A DNA stretch of 63,102 nt, filler included, from Diploschistes diacapsis (lineage: Eukaryota), in the NCBI GenBank assembly GCA_023645945.1. It is 5 parts of 5 records of this genome, joined end to end, with 100 filler letters (N's around TTAATTAATTAA, not from the genome) between each part and the next. Parts side by side here need not be neighbours in the genome. Positions count along the whole stretch, not along the records: positions 1 to 30,979 come from JALAIB010000122.1; 4 more parts are not named here. One strand, given 5' to 3'. Position numbers and translations under genes: made by a program. Of this stretch, positions 11,542-25,408 are shown one piece after another (position 1 is the stretch's first letter; each line of letters begins with the position of its first letter). The notes under the pieces are model-generated. The model saw only the letters and a list, made by a program, of their open reading frames with translations. It did no database searches and was not told the DNA's origin.

Positions 11542-13301
11542 ATGGATGTGGATCGTCAATCGCGGAAAACTCCTCACAGGACGAAAGCTAAGGTGAAGTC
11601 TGGCTGCTGTACATGCAAGTGAGAGAATTCGGAGCTATGCTTCCCTCTTGGATTGATAGCGTACTTACCGTTCATAGAATTCGAAAAGTTAAGTGTGACG
11701 AAGGTCGCCCTTCATGCCAGCGCTGCATATCTACAGGTCGAACCTGCGATGGCTATGGAATATGGGGCGGAGGGGGAAACGCCCTTAACCATCGTTCAAC
11801 TAATGCAAGAAACGGTGTAAAAGACAGTGGCACCCCATGCTGCCCTATGTCGGTCAGCAATCTCTCTACTGTTGTGGTTAGCGCCAAGGAAAAGAGCTAT
11901 CTTGAGTGGTTCAAATGTCGGACTGCCGTGAAACTACCTGGAATCTTCGTTTCGACCTTTTGGGATACACTAGTGTTTCAAGCAACTGTGGACGAGCCCG
12001 CCGTGTTGCATGCAGTGCTGGCCTTGAGCGCCGTTCACAAGAACGAGATCCTTCACGGCAATCGGGTTAGAGGCCAAGAAAGCCTCCTAGATGCACAAGA
12101 AAAGTTCATGTTATATCACTACAGCAAAGCTATCAACTGCCTCCAGCCTCATTTCTCGGCAAAGAACAGTGCCTCTGTTCGTGTGGCTCTTGTCACCTGC
12201 GTAGTCTTCGTTTGCCTAGAACTTCTCCGCGGCCATTACCAGACAGCTCAAGCTCACCTCCGGAACGGCGTCGAGATTCTCAGAGAAATTCGGGCTTGCC
12301 CCAACTCCGGAGACAATCAACTTCTTGCTCTGCAGTTCTCTCACGCGCCTGTGGATGACTGGATCGCCGATGCGCTGTCTAGCTTGTTTACAGGGGTGGC
12401 CCTTTTCAATCCGGCTGACCAGAATACTTACTTGTGCTTACATGCCGTTGAACCTGAGCTTCTGGGCACGAAGTTCGAAAGCATTAATCAAGCAAAGCAA
12501 CATCTAGATCATTTACTGAATGAAGGCTTTGTCCTAAGTAATCAATATCGCAAGCAAGGGAATATGCAAAGTTCTTCCAACCTAATGAGCCGTCAGCGGC
12601 ACATTCGAGCAAAGCTTTCGTCCTGGCTCCTGGTACATAATGCATCCAAGGCAAGTCTTCTAGCCCAACTGCCAGTTCAAATGGGGTTTGCCCACCAGCT
12701 GCTGCGAAACTACCACACCATGGCCAGTATCATGGTAGACACCTCTCCCACTCCAACGTGTGAAGCAAGGTTCGACCCACATGCCGAAGATTTCGTTAGC
12801 ATCATAGACCGCTCCATAGGTCTCTGGAAAATTATCTACAACAGCAAAGTCACCCAGACGATATACGGCCACCCTCCGGAAGAGGCAAACGGCATCATCG
12901 AGATGGGTTGGATTCCCCCGCTCTACTACGTCGCACTCAAGTGCCGCGTGCATCGAGTAAGACTTCACGCCATTCGACTCCTCGAGGCATCTCCACATCG
13001 GGAGGGAATCTGGGTTGCGACCATTGTGGCCGCCGTTGCGCGAAAGGTAATGCAGATGGAAGAGGGGCATTTCTATGAGGGTCTGTCCCTGGAGGACGAC
13101 TTCCCCATCTGCAGCTCTCCTAAGGAGTCGCATCTGCTGCTGCCTGCGTTGCCTGAGCAGCGCAGGATTCAGGAGGTACAGTTAGTGCTGCCAGATGATC
13201 CAGTCGGGAAGGTCCTGTTGCGGTATAGGCAGAGGAATGAAGCTGGCTTGTGGGAAGTCTACGAAAGAGAATATGATGTGCGGTGTCGATGTTGGAGATA
13301 G
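11542..13301 (+). CDS. Zn2Cys6 fungal transcription factor; intron 11619-11677
   Basis: Spliced GCCTCKIRKVKCDEGRPSCQRCISTGRTC binuclear cluster, followed by a fungal TF middle region (HAVLALSAVH). Confidence 0.92.
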
Positions 13302-13412
13302 GAATCTGGGTATTGAGCTAACCTACTGACGACCACACAGAACGACAATGTGCATCTTGTATTGCTAGCTGGGCTACCTTTGCTGGAGTGATACAGAATA
13401 ATAGAACCTTGT

Positions 13413-14845
13413 TCACAATTCTGTCATCCAAGTAGGCACAAAGACTGGTGCCAGCTCGAGCTCCTTCATCATCTCCTTCCATCTTCGGCCCTCAACACCA
13501 GGCCGTTCGGCAAGATGGAGCTGCTCAAGCCACGTACGGATAGCCTTGTAGTCCCTCTTCGCGCGCTTCTCGCACCACCATATATCCTCGAAGCGACACA
13601 TGAGCCCGAGCCAGTACCCGATCAGCCACAATGCCTTCTCGTCTTTGTCGCGCACCAACTCGCGAAGCTCTGTGTCCACCTTCCCCAAGAACTGCAGGTT
13701 CTGAAACACGTTGAACCGGACAGGCGCGAGATTCCGCAGTTGCACTAGAATCAGGAGTGGTAAGCGGAATATGTTCTTGGGGTTCATGCTAGAAATTATC
13801 CCTTGGCGGTTTTGGGAGATGTCGACAGCGCCCGCGGACCCAGTTGCTTCGTCGTAACGAGTGCGGCCAGCGTTGTCCAGCTCGAAAACCTCCCTCCACG
13901 TGGCGGGTACCTCCTCGAGATCTTGACCTTCTCGCATTAATGTCCAACTCTCTTTATTGGAGCCAAGGAAAATCAGGCTTAGGAAGTGCAGCGTTTGGGG
14001 AAGGTAAGTGGCCATCGACTTGAGCAGAGGCCTGAGGCCCGCCTGCAGCGACAGCCAGCCTAACAAGTCCTCGTCCAGGCTGATAATCGAGGACGTCCTC
14101 GGATCAGGTTCGTCGTCACCCCTACTCACAGTCTCCGAGCTCGGTAGCGCGAAGGCGATGATGTTTAGCAGCACGGCGCTGAGCAGCAAGGCGTCTATGC
14201 CGGACTGGCCCAGGTCCTTCTGGGGTGTGCATAGAGCTTTTCGATATTGCTCAAGCGCGAATGATTGCTGAAAATGGTCAGCGATTCGATGCTGCAAGAC
14301 TCCTGGCGAGGCGTGCCGGAGATGGCACGCCGTCATAGCTAGCATGGTGTTGCGGACCAGCGGGTCGGATTTAGAGAGCGAAATGATCTTGTCACTGCGA
14401 GGCATGTGGAAGATTTCAGTCCAGTATCTCTGACAGTGCTGCATGAGATGGGTGCTGGACGTCCCATTTTTTGCGCTGGGCGAATAAAAGGGCACCAAGG
14501 TCACGGAATTGAGAACTGAGAAACTCGCAGTGTTACTCATATGCACCTCTGCCTTCGTTCGGCTCGATTCTGTGCCATAGTTGTCAGACTGGTCAAAACC
14601 ACACTGCCAACTATTCCTTCGACACCTCAGGCAAACTGGCCTCGTCTCATCACACTACAATTGTTAGCCTCTCTGGCCTTCATCTCAGAACTCCTTCGGA
14701 GCTACAGACAAACCTTGACTCTCTTCGCTTTGCATGTTAGGCATCCAGTCTTTGTCTTTTTGTGCACCTTGCGCTTCGTGTAGTATCGAGCTCTCAAGTC
14801 AGAGTCATTGAGCGAAATGACTCGAAAACCGGTCTCGGAATTCAT
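13413..14845 (-). CDS. Zn2Cys6 fungal transcription factor (Upc2-like architecture); one intron at about 14713-14655
   Basis: Spliced HKKTKTGCLTCKAKRVKCDETRPVCLRCRRNSWQC continues in frame into ORF 13413-14546. Confidence 0.9.
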
Positions 14846-15766
14846 GCCCAGGACCTTGGCGTTGACTTCTTCATTGCTTCCACTGCAGGTCTAGGTCCCT
14901 TTGGCCGAAAAGAGTAAACGAGCGTGAGTGATTTCACGGTTCCGGATGGAAGTTGCGGGGACTTAAGGATTGTTGTAACAAGCCCCTGATCGTGTATAGA
15001 TGGTCTGGTCTCTATTGATGGCGTTCGGAGCTTACAATATTGCAGAGAACTTTTGGCTGAGCACTGCCCAATCAAAAGCGCAAAATACGACGATCCCTGC
15101 CGTGCTGAGCATCTTTGCTCGTTTATCTCTTTCGGACTAGCGTGGCGATCTCTACCACCCACAGTACAATGGTAACATTGTATACTACTACAAGGTCTCT
15201 CCGCGATGTTAGATGCACTTTTACCACGCCCATTGGCGCTGACCCCGTCCCGAGAAACTCAACATGGTCATGGGTCTGGGATAATCTGAGAATGTCCGAT
15301 GCCTCAGCCGTGGAGCACGCATCACGCCCTAAGTCCTCCGAGCAATGTCAATTATCAAGGACCACCTCAAGCTTATGGTCAAGTGCTAACGTCCAAGGTC
15401 CAGAATCAGTTGCCTAATCCTCTATTATTGGCTTCCTCGTTTTGGGATTGTGAGGATGCATGGCTTCGGCACAACAGGCAAAGCATGCTCTCCCACAGTG
15501 ACCCCAAGTATGATACTAAATCTGCTGTCTTAATTATCAGTGGTTTGCTTATCTTTAGACGGGGATGATCGGAATGCTAAAGTCTTTGAGTCCGCGAGAA
15601 GAGCGAGTGTAGTGCTAAATGAAATTAGCAGAAGGTTCATAACATAAAAAGCCCATGGTATCGATTTTCACCTGTTCTACTTCTGCTCTTAACTAGAGAA
15701 AGAGTATCATCGTGAACCCGCATAGCAAATACCATTTCGCCCGGCAACCAAGCAATACAATCCAGC

Positions 15767-16875
15767 ATGTCTTTCCTTGCAGCTTTCATCAACCGCCAGT
15801 TCATCTACGTACCGCCCGTCCCAACGGCATCCTTTACGGGCAAGACTGTCATAGTTACGGGCAGCAACGTGGGCCTAGGTCTGGAAGCCTGTCGTTGGAT
15901 CGTTCGTCTTGGAGCGTCTCGAGTCATACTTGCTTGCCGAAACATCGAAAAGGGAAAGGCTGCCGCAAAGGACGTCCAAGCAACCACATCGTGCCTGCCG
16001 AAAACTCTTGACGTATGGCACCTCGACATGAGCTCGTACGCCTCCGTTAAGACTTTCTCCGACCGTGCCAAGGCAGAGCTGCCGCGTCTGGACGTGCTCA
16101 TCGCGAACGCTGGCGTATACAAATCAAAGTTCGAGATGACCGAGGACAATGAGGAGACAATCACCACTAATGTGGTTTCACTCGCCCTGCTCGGCTTTCT
16201 CCTCTACCCTAAACTCCGCGAGACGGCCGCGCGATTCAACATCCAGACCCACTTCACCGTAACCGCGTCGGAGCTCTACGAGGTCGCTAAGTTCAAAGAA
16301 CGCCAAGCCCCGCCGGGCCAGATCTTCGCGACTCTCAACGACAAATCCCAAGCCAACATGAGCGACCGCTACAACGTCTCGAAGCTGCTCGAAATCTTCA
16401 TGATCAAGCAAATGGCCGTCCTTTCCCCCCTGAGCTCCAACAACGTCATCATCAACTGCGTGGCTCCCGGGTAAGCCCCAGCTCCCTCTTCTCTCCCCTT
16501 CTTCCTCTTTCCCAAAGATCCCTCCGTCCACATGCCCTCAATAATCTCCAAATCCAAACCGCTAACCCCTTCCTCTCTCCTCCCTCCAGCTTCTGCCACA
16601 GCAATCTCGGGAATGAAACGAATAACAACCGCGCCGTCCGCGTCGCCAAGAACATCCTCTGCCGCCCGACGGAGATGGGCGCGCGCACGCTAGTCCACGG
16701 CGCCAGCGTCGGCCCAGAGTCGCACGGCCAGTACGTGCCGGACTGCAAGATCACACCGACGAAGGGCCTCTGCAAGGGCCGCGAGGGGGCGGAGCTGCAG
16801 ACGAGGGTGTGGCGGGAGTTGAGGGCCAAGCTAGAAGGGATTCAACCGGGTGTGACGGATTTGGATTTGTCGTGA
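15767..16875 (+). CDS. Short-chain dehydrogenase/reductase (retinol-DH/WWOX-like); intron 16471-16589
   Basis: TGSNVGLG, NAG, YNVSK catalytic motif, spliced VAPGFCHS. Confidence 0.93.
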
Positions 16876-17809
16876 GTTTGAGTTTTCTGGCGTGCGGATG
16901 GGGGTGGCTGTGGGCTGTTTTTTTTTTGGTCCGAGGTGGAGAGAGATTTGTTGCGGAGATGAGAAATTGGGTAGAATCATAGCAAAATAGGTATCAGATA
17001 AGCTTCCAAGGAATTTTCTTCCAATTTACGAAACAGTTTTTTTTGCGCCCTTTTTTGAAAGATCCATCTTCTGCTCATCGGAAAGTGGGGGCGGTTGCAC
17101 CAAGTTCCTCTAGACTAGACAGCTGCAACTTGAGGCTCCCTACAGTGATTGGAGGAAGGATCGATCCCACCTGGGCGTCTTATAGCAAAAAAAGGATGCG
17201 GGAGGCAGGGCGATATTTAAGAATAAATTACACATCATCCAAGAAGCTCGAGCGATGCTTTGAATCAGTTACTAAATCAAAATTTTGAAAGTCCTGGGGA
17301 GAATAGCTCAGGCCTGTTGTATTCTTGACCTGAAGCATCCCGCAAAAGCTCTTTCTTGTGTGGGCATAAAGTTGGTTGGAAGAGGTGTCCGGTGTTGCAA
17401 CATACATTATTTCTAATATCGCCTGCGAGTGTGTAAGCGTTACGGCAGGGGCCCGGATAAGCTGTGACATCCCGATATCCTCGAATCGACACAGCAGTCA
17501 ATGGCTGTCCGAACCCAACGCTCAAAGTTCACGGATAATAATTGATTACATAACGCTGGCTTGGGATTTTGCCTCTTGAGTAGCCTCCACATTGCTGTGC
17601 ATGGCGAATCGAAGGCAACCCCCATCAAAACGCAAATGGGTATCTTCGCAAGAACTTTTCCATGGCCAACGATCCACCATCACCATATTTCGCCCGCCCG
17701 CCCAGGAATGCTCGCTACCAACGCCGCAACCCATCGCAAAATGCCCGAGTAAGCAGAACTGTCATCAACGCTGGCCAGGTTCTTCGTATGGAACAAAGAG
17801 CATGGCCGT

Positions 17810-19864
17810 TCAATAAGTGAACATCTTGATAGCCGCGGGCCCATCCGCATTGTATTGGGTCCTGGTCAAGTAGGCTTTTTCATTGTCGACGTCGTACTGG
17901 AAAACGCCGTGGGCGTGCATGATGGCTCCGAAGAAGGCGCCCTCTTCGAAGCCGTGCTCGCGCCACTCAGGAAGGTAGTCGTAGGGATTGGCGTACTTGA
18001 TGCTCGTCGGCGTCTGGGGGTACACGTGCTTTTCCTTTGAGCGACCTTGGGGCGTGCCGAACTGTTGGTACTGCTGCTGTCCTGGGGGCGCGAGGGAGGG
18101 GTTTGAAGCGTGGGTGGCGGCGACTAGGAGGGGATTGACGCCAGGGGCGTGGTGGCCCAACGCGCCAGCATTGGAACCTTGAGGGTTTGGCGTGTTGGCG
18201 CCAGTAGGGATTGGGGTAGAGAAGTCGGAGGGTAGCTCCGAGGTGAAGATAGTTCCGGAAGAGGGTGAAATCAGGTACTTCGCGTGGAGCATGGCCATGA
18301 GGGACTCTTTGAAGCCTATACGTAGTGGTCAGCCTAGGACCGCAGGGGCGTTCGGGGAGTGCTAACTGACCTTTAATCTTCGACCCGTTCCCGACAACCA
18401 TGATATTTTCCCACATTGCGCTACGCTGCTCAACTGGAGCGTCAGAAACACAGCGCTTGATAGAGTCAGCAATGATCCAGATCAACTCATGATTAGGTCC
18501 GTCGGCCTGGAAACGTTCGGCTCCGACTTCAACCTCCTTGCGGACCATTGCGGGAAGTGGCTGGGCTGGACGGGCTTGGTCCGAAGGGTTGCCTTTCTCT
18601 GCGGGTAGGGTTGCGGTAGCCGTTGCATCTGCGTCTTTGGCGTGAGCACTACCGCTGGCAGCGTTGAGGCATTGTGGCTCATCATAATAGAACGTTGCCT
18701 TAGCCTTCTGAAAATTGGGCAGTTTGACGGACTTTGAATCATTGGCTGCACCGGCTTTGGCCTTCTTAGCCGCCTTTTCTGCCTTCTCTCTCTCTTTCTT
18801 GGCGAGTATCTCGCTGGTTTTTCCGCTGGCTACTATGCTAGCGACATCGAGTACACCCTCGTTCTCTTCAAGCTTCTCATCCCCAGCCTCTGTCCCCGGT
18901 CCTGGGCCGCGTGGCAGTCCACTTGGGGTATCAGCAGCTTTGGAAATAGGAACATTCATACCGGTAGAGGCGGCAGCAGCAGGATTCATTTGACTAATGC
19001 CATTGCTTTCCGCCGGAAGAGCCGAGCTGACAGGCAAAATCTCGCATATGCTGCTGCGCTTCAATTGTTCGCACATGTCGTAGGTAAAGCCCTTGTGCCC
19101 GAGGAGACGATGCAGGTTATTTGTCATGGTACGACCGCCGCAGTTCGGAATCGATATAAGGCGCCCGAGCGAAACTGGATCATGAAGTCCCATGGCTGTA
19201 ACGTCGCATTTATCGTATCCGACATCAACGATAACGCCCATGCCAGTACCTTCCATAGCGTCGCCAATGTTGAACGCCGAGGCAGCTGCGCTAGCTGCAT
19301 CAATCAAGTACAGCCCCGGGATCTTGAACTTCTCAAACAGAAACTGACAAATTTTTTCCCGACACTTCAAGGTGAAAGCAGGTTGTACAGCAATGACCAT
19401 CGGAGACTTGAGAGTTGGGCTCAGGGTATTGTAGATGTGGGTGAGAAGAGCGAAGAAGCAAGACCAATTGACAATATAGCCTGAAACGATTGGCCACACA
19501 GCACCTTCGTCGGTTTCGCGATCCTCGTAGTATTGGATTTCTTCGACTTCTTCATTCTCAACCTCGGCAGTACCACCCATGACGGCATCGTCACTTGTTG
19601 TCGCTTCCGGGTTCTTGGGGAACTTCTTCTTTACCCTGCGTTGTAGCACTTTGTATGGTTCCCACTCGCCTTTCTTCTCCGCAGGGAACATGCGACTCTT
19701 AAACCGAAGCTTCGGCGGCGACTTGGTCTCGGTAATACCGAATTGGGCCAGTGTGGTCTGAGATCCTGGGAAAATAAACTAATGAGCGAATTAGACTGGA
19801 TGTTTCCGTAGGCTTCTATAGGGAATGAAGAGTTTACCAGGATGTCTTCATCCTTTATTGCCAT
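17810..19864 (-). CDS. ARP9: Actin-related protein Arp9 (RSC/SWI-SNF subunit); two introns
   Basis: KDEDIL|FIFPGSQTTLAQFG, WPIVSGYIVNW, FEKFKIP, VDVGYDKCDV, VGNGSKIKGF, FFGA, YNADGP: actin fold with Arp9-type N-terminus. Confidence 0.85.
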
Positions 19865-20324
19865 GATGTCCTTTTTCTTCTTTTCCTTCTTCTTCTTCCC
19901 ACCCCGCCGTGCTTTGAATGTGGTGTCGTCAGAGCGGTCACAGTTACTCGGCGGTGAATCAAGGGCTCTCTCTATATGTGCATAAAACTCCTCGTCTGTG
20001 AGGCCCTGTAGCTCTAAGATATCGACACCTTGGCATGCCATCACGTAATCAGCGTTTTGGGGATAGCGGATAGTCCGTGCTCGAAGCTCGCTTAATGGGC
20101 AAATCAAGACTTAGGGCTGCGCTTCTCTTCAGTACTTACGTGTATAGCACGAAAAGACAAAAGTGTCCGATTTAATATATCTTTGTGTTAAGAACGCTCG
20201 TTAAAACATTCAGCATATCTGAATAAAGGTACATGGTAATTGTCATTCCTATGCCTGATGTCTTGGGTTGACTCCAGTGGTATCTCCATTCTTGATGTAC
20301 AGACACGCTCCATATTATGCTTTA

Positions 20325-22129
20325 CTAGTTACCTCTATACTCCCTAAGCCTGCCTTGCAGCCAGTTTCTGGAATGAAGTTCAAGCTCGTCGAGTAATTGA
20401 ACGGTCTCCGTAGGGTTGGCAACCCAAGCGGTTGTGCATGCAAGGCGGGCCTAGTCTCGTCAGCTTTGTACGCCTTTAAGGAGAAGTTGAAGACTTACTC
20501 GAAAGTCGTTCGAGGATGACAGGGAAAGAAATTGATCACCACAATGGATTGTTCGTTCTGGTGGGATCCCACCGAAATAGTTACGACAAGCTAAAACACC
20601 GAGGTCTTTGCCGCCAATGTCAACAAAGATGTCATTGCCCCTGGACAGATCATCAGAAAGGGGAGAGCTAGGAATACCAGTTCATGACCACTGACCCGTT
20701 GAAAGCCGAAAACGGAATCTTCGGGTTCATCATCTCGATCCTTTGCTGCGTAACAAGAACTGTCTCCTCGAGTTGCTCCCTTGTAAGTCTTGGAGCACCT
20801 GGCTCGGAGCTTGGGATGATACCAACCGCCCGCTCTTTGCGTAGAACTTGCGCCGATAGATCAAGGTTAGAAATGCATTCGTTAAGCGCTTCTTCAGCGG
20901 CATCTAGCAGGGCCTCAATCTCTTTCTCTGTCCATGTTTTCATTATGTCTAGCTTCCAAATAGACCTGGGAACCATTCTGAGCAAGTGTGGCTCCTCAAT
21001 GTCGAACACGAACAAATATTGACTTTCGCCTCCCATTACCGCAAATTGTGGCTGTACGATTGACCCTGAACAGATGCCTTCCTTTAGCGCTTCAAGCAGG
21101 CCTAGTAGCCGTTCATAGTACCGTTGGGCGTCCGTATAGCCAGCGGCGGTCACGATAGCAACGCAAGTCTTGTTCATCAACAACCTCAGAATCCGTTGTA
21201 TAACCACGTCACCTGTGGCAAGAGATTTTCCGTCGTCATAAAGCGTCAGATCTTGACAATGCCCAATTAGTCGCTGCACTAACTTACTGACCGTAGGTTA
21301 TTACAAGGAACCTTTACCTCCGTCGAATGTCACCAGTTGGGGCCCCCCTGTGGCCACCAGCCCCATTATTTGAGCTGTGTTTAGCGTTCTAAAGATAACT
21401 GTCAGCTTGTGCCCTCCAGCGATGTCCATCAAGCATAACGCTTCGGAACCTTACAATCGAATGTCGTTGAACGAAGGCGGCACAAAGCGTCTCGCGCTTA
21501 TCTTCCGTCGCTCATCTTGGAAGAGGAACGCCTGCTCCATCGGAAGAGGCGTAAAAAAGAGTCCAATTGATGGGACGAGAAACTTAAGCTTTGACCTGTC
21601 GCGAGTTCCATCTTTCTGGTGAGCAACTAGCTAGACCATCAGCAAATGTCTGTAGATTACCTTCACAAGAACTGCTTACTATGATCCTGGACTAAATTCT
21701 CAACGTCTCTCATGATCTCTGCATATCTGTAGCTGGCTACGGGCGCCATCTTGGCAACCATATCCTCTCGTCCATCGTAAGCCGCGGAGGGCTGCGAGTG
21801 GAGGACGAACGGAACGGCTAAGAGCCCCTATCATCGAGTTTGTGAGCATGATGTCCGGCAGCCCGATGAATAAAGTCTGTCGAAGCCTACCTTTATCCAT
21901 TCGATCTATACAGAAAAGCTTTAGTTGCTTCCCTTGGCGATGGTCGAGGCTGCTTACCAATTGATCACGTCGATGCGACTAAAAAGGAGGTGACCCTCAG
22001 CGTGCTCCTTGTAGATGGGAGGCAATGGCGTCCACTCACCTTGAGGGCATCTGCACGAACCTGTCAGTGACTCAAAGCGCTGTAACTTGTAAGTGAAGAC
22101 TGGCATTCTACTCGATACTTTGAAGTCAT
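20325..22129 (-). CDS. ISN1: IMP-specific 5'-nucleotidase (HAD family), 10 exons including 11-, 21- and 15-nt microexons
   Basis: Spliced MTSKYRVEYALKSHRRDQLIEWIKGLLAVPFVLH, RRFVPPSFNDIR, TFDGDLTLYDDG, FNGGNDIFVDIG, HCGDQF, ARLACTTAWVANP. Confidence 0.93.
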
Positions 22130-23194
22130 TTCCTTGTATTGCGTACAAGTATAACGTGGAAGGTGGGATAAGGAGCGGTCCCGTTGTTATCCGTATACAC
22201 AGCTCTACCAAAAAGATTGATGCAGAGCCCATTACCATATTCTCATGGATGAGGCCTAGGAGATACACTCGCGGGGTCGTAGCCAAGAAGCAGCGGTGTA
22301 GTACAAGAAGGTGGTGGGTTGCTCATAGAAGATTCATCCTCGCACCACGCGTACACTGCGCTAAGATGTATGAGCAGCGAATCTAGCGGTCCTAAACGAC
22401 CTTCACCATAGTTCATTTACCCCCAAGCAATCGATCCTTGAGAGCGTTTAGATGCTTGTTGAATCGCTCTATGTCATTATCACATTTTTTTCCCGAGTAT
22501 ACGCAATTAGGTGTGTATGAAGCACGAATCTAGCCGCATGGGCATGGTGACCAGTATCTACGAATGTTTCCAAGGCAAATAAACTGATATGAAGGATGCA
22601 GAGAATGTCACATAACGCATCGGTGTGCGTATCTATTGCGCACTCAGTGGCCGCTGGCTGTCTCTGGCTGTTCCAAGAAGGCCCGTTGTTGTTATGCCAA
22701 AGGCATGCGAAACAAGAAGGTGCCGCTGCAGCAGACTGAGGACGCAATCTCTACAGCGTCCATGCTTCAATTCTCCAACATAGTCTTCACTCGTCAGGTT
22801 TCTTACCCTTCTCGAGATCGCCATTTAGCAGTGTGATCGGGGCTCTGTCAGCCACAGACTTGCCCACCTAGTAATTTATGAGTACATCTAACGGGCCTGG
22901 ACATGCGCGGGTCCAAACAAGGCTTCAAAACCTCGTAGGGGAGGGCGAACATCCAAGCCCGAACGGGAACTCGTGACGGGCAGTCCTTTGGACTATGGGT
23001 CTTCTAGAATTGATTGCACGCTTCATACTAGTGAGTATAAAAGTATTGTATCAAGCATGTCCTTACTGAACCAAAGATATACATCCTCAAGCTGCTAGAA
23101 CGGAAGAGATCCCATCCCTGCAGTTTAGTAAGAGTGATAGGACGTTCTTTGTACGTAGGAGAAACACTGATAACTCGGCGCGAGAGATTTTTCA

Positions 23195-24090
23195 ATGACC
23201 TCCCCTCATGATGAACCAAGTTTGCTTCCAGTTGAGGAGCAATCCGTCCTAGAAGACGTCTCAGCATTTCCGCGGGCATTCGAGGAGAATCTCAACAGAG
23301 AACTCCTTATTGCTTCTCTCGACGACGGTCCACCTCCTTTAGGATCAGGATCCTCTGAAGAAGGGTCATTCTCGACAAAGGAGCCTTCAGCACTCTTGCG
23401 CGGTCTGCAGGTGCCTTCTAGAGCCAAGTCACCAGCATCAGGCTTCGAGTATCCGCCCATACTTGAGAAAATGGGGATTTCGAAGGAAGACTGGGAGAAA
23501 TTCTCAGATGAGATCCGATCCCATGCGCGAATGAACCAGAAGCAATGGAGAGATACCGTGGGGGCTGCAGTCGGTACAATCTTCGTGGGCGGCTTTATGG
23601 TAGGCTTCCTGTCAGCAGTGCGTGATTCCCGGGACCTCTTCGTAATCGCTCGTCTGACTTGCCTTAGATACCCGGTGTAATCATTGGGAAGAAGACCCGT
23701 AACAAAAAAGAAAAGGAGAACTTCAAAGCAGCCGACCGTTCTGGGGCCCTCGTGAAGTGCATCGGGCGATGGAATAGAGACTTCTTTTTCCAGCGAGGCC
23801 TAGCTGTTCGCGTCGATGTCCCTGGCTCTGCAGCTGACATGGCAAGGATGGACGTCAGCACGAGCAAACATTACAAGGAGGGATCCGAAACGGGCAGCAT
23901 TTCGACCCAGTCCAGTCACACTAAGTCTGGATATAGCGACTCGATCATCGAAGAGGGACGCGTTCGTAGGAAAGCTGCTGGACGAGGTCGAATTGTGTTG
24001 ATGCCTTTGGACGAATCCGCTTCGGTCGCAACGGATCCCGAACAGCTCATGTTATTGCCAGAAACGCACGAAGGTCAATCCGCAGAATAA
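23195..24090 (+). CDS. Conserved-looking fungal hypothetical protein with one hydrophobic segment; intron at about 23618-23668
   Basis: Two ORFs joined in frame by a GTGCGT...CTGAC...TAG intron; motifs GFEYP..GISKEDW and WNRDFF..RGL.V.VD.PG. Confidence 0.7.
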
Positions 24091-24357
24091 CACAGCTAGC
24101 TACTTTTTGAAGGCTGGGTTTGTTAGCAAAAATCACTACCATTGTGCATGAACGATTGTCTATTAGCAAAGATTATCAGAAACGCATTGATTGCCTACGT
24201 TGCACTCAACAAATCGCAGCAGTTTTGCTTCCATCGTTAGACAGATCTTGTATGTACCATCAACTTTATATCGCTTCAACCTCATCACATATGGTCTCGG
24301 GAAAGAACGAAAGATAAGTACACAAAGTGAAGTTGTTCTATCCAAACTACCTACCGA

Positions 24358-25408
24358 TCATAAACCATCGGAGATGCCTGCCATCCTCTCCGCAATCTTT
24401 CGGTGTTGGTCGATCTCATGCCACCAAGCAAAAGGTGCCTCGTCTATCTCCCCAGGCTTTACATCCCACGGTTTGGGTCCAAAGATATAATGCACGTTCT
24501 TCACTCGGTCGTCCCGCCAAATCGCAGTGTGCACTCCTTCCCATCGAAGAGTCTTAAAGGCGTTGTAGACATACGACAATGGTACCCAGCGATCCATGAA
24601 AACGTCGGATAGTAAACCCTGGTCCGGAAAATCATATTTCTGCATTGCCTCGGGGTTCTCCATTTGCTTCACGATCAGGTTATAAATAGGCGCAGAAGGA
24701 ACGGCCACGATGAGGCCGCTGTTGAGCATCTTGATGCAATTCGTCATGGGCGAGCCTTCAATCTGTGCTTTCTCGGGGTCACTATGCTGCGCAGTGAATG
24801 CACAATTCTTGGGTATCCTAAGCAAGCGTCAAGAATGCAAACCATATGTAGATTCAACTTGGTGTCGACGAACCACTCCTTTGGATAATGAGCCTTCTTG
24901 GCCGGGTTGCAAGCGCATGCCGGTGCAGCAGCAAAGATCCGAGAGCCGTTTTCTTGCATATTGACGGAATCGAGTTGAAGATCCATAAGCTCATCCATAT
25001 TGCGGCGCACAAGCATGTCACTATCCAACAAGACTACGCGCTCGTACTCCACAAGCGAAAAAGCCATGAGCTTTGTCCATGTGTCATAGAAGCGTGGGTC
25101 GTTGCTGTAATCTTTCTGCAACGACGGATTCAGAAATTCGACTCTTCTTCCGTGTATTCCGCGAGCTTGCAGGGCTTTGTGGCCATCTTCAGGGAACTGG
25201 TCCGTATACAGAGCAATCAAAGGGTACTTTGTCCCAGCTTGCTTAAGCGAATAATCCAGAGTAAGCAGTCCAGTCAAATAGTCCTTGTTCGTAATCAGAC
25301 TCGCCCAAACTAGGGCTAATCAGAGAAATGTCGATGGCTTCGGATCTCTCCACTACCTTTCGATGAGTCCACCACCCGAGGCGCTCCTAAGCTTGCAGTA
25401 TCCGCCAT
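24358..25408 (-). CDS. Glycosyltransferase family 8 (glycogenin/galactinol-synthase-like); two introns
   Basis: YLTGLLTLDYSL, TWTKL, LDSDML (DxD), LNSGL, DQGLL, YNAFK, HYIFGPKPW. Confidence 0.92.

Noticed and set aside
574..16875. Secondary-metabolite biosynthetic cluster
   Set aside because: No backbone synthase in the window; one could lie beyond the left edge
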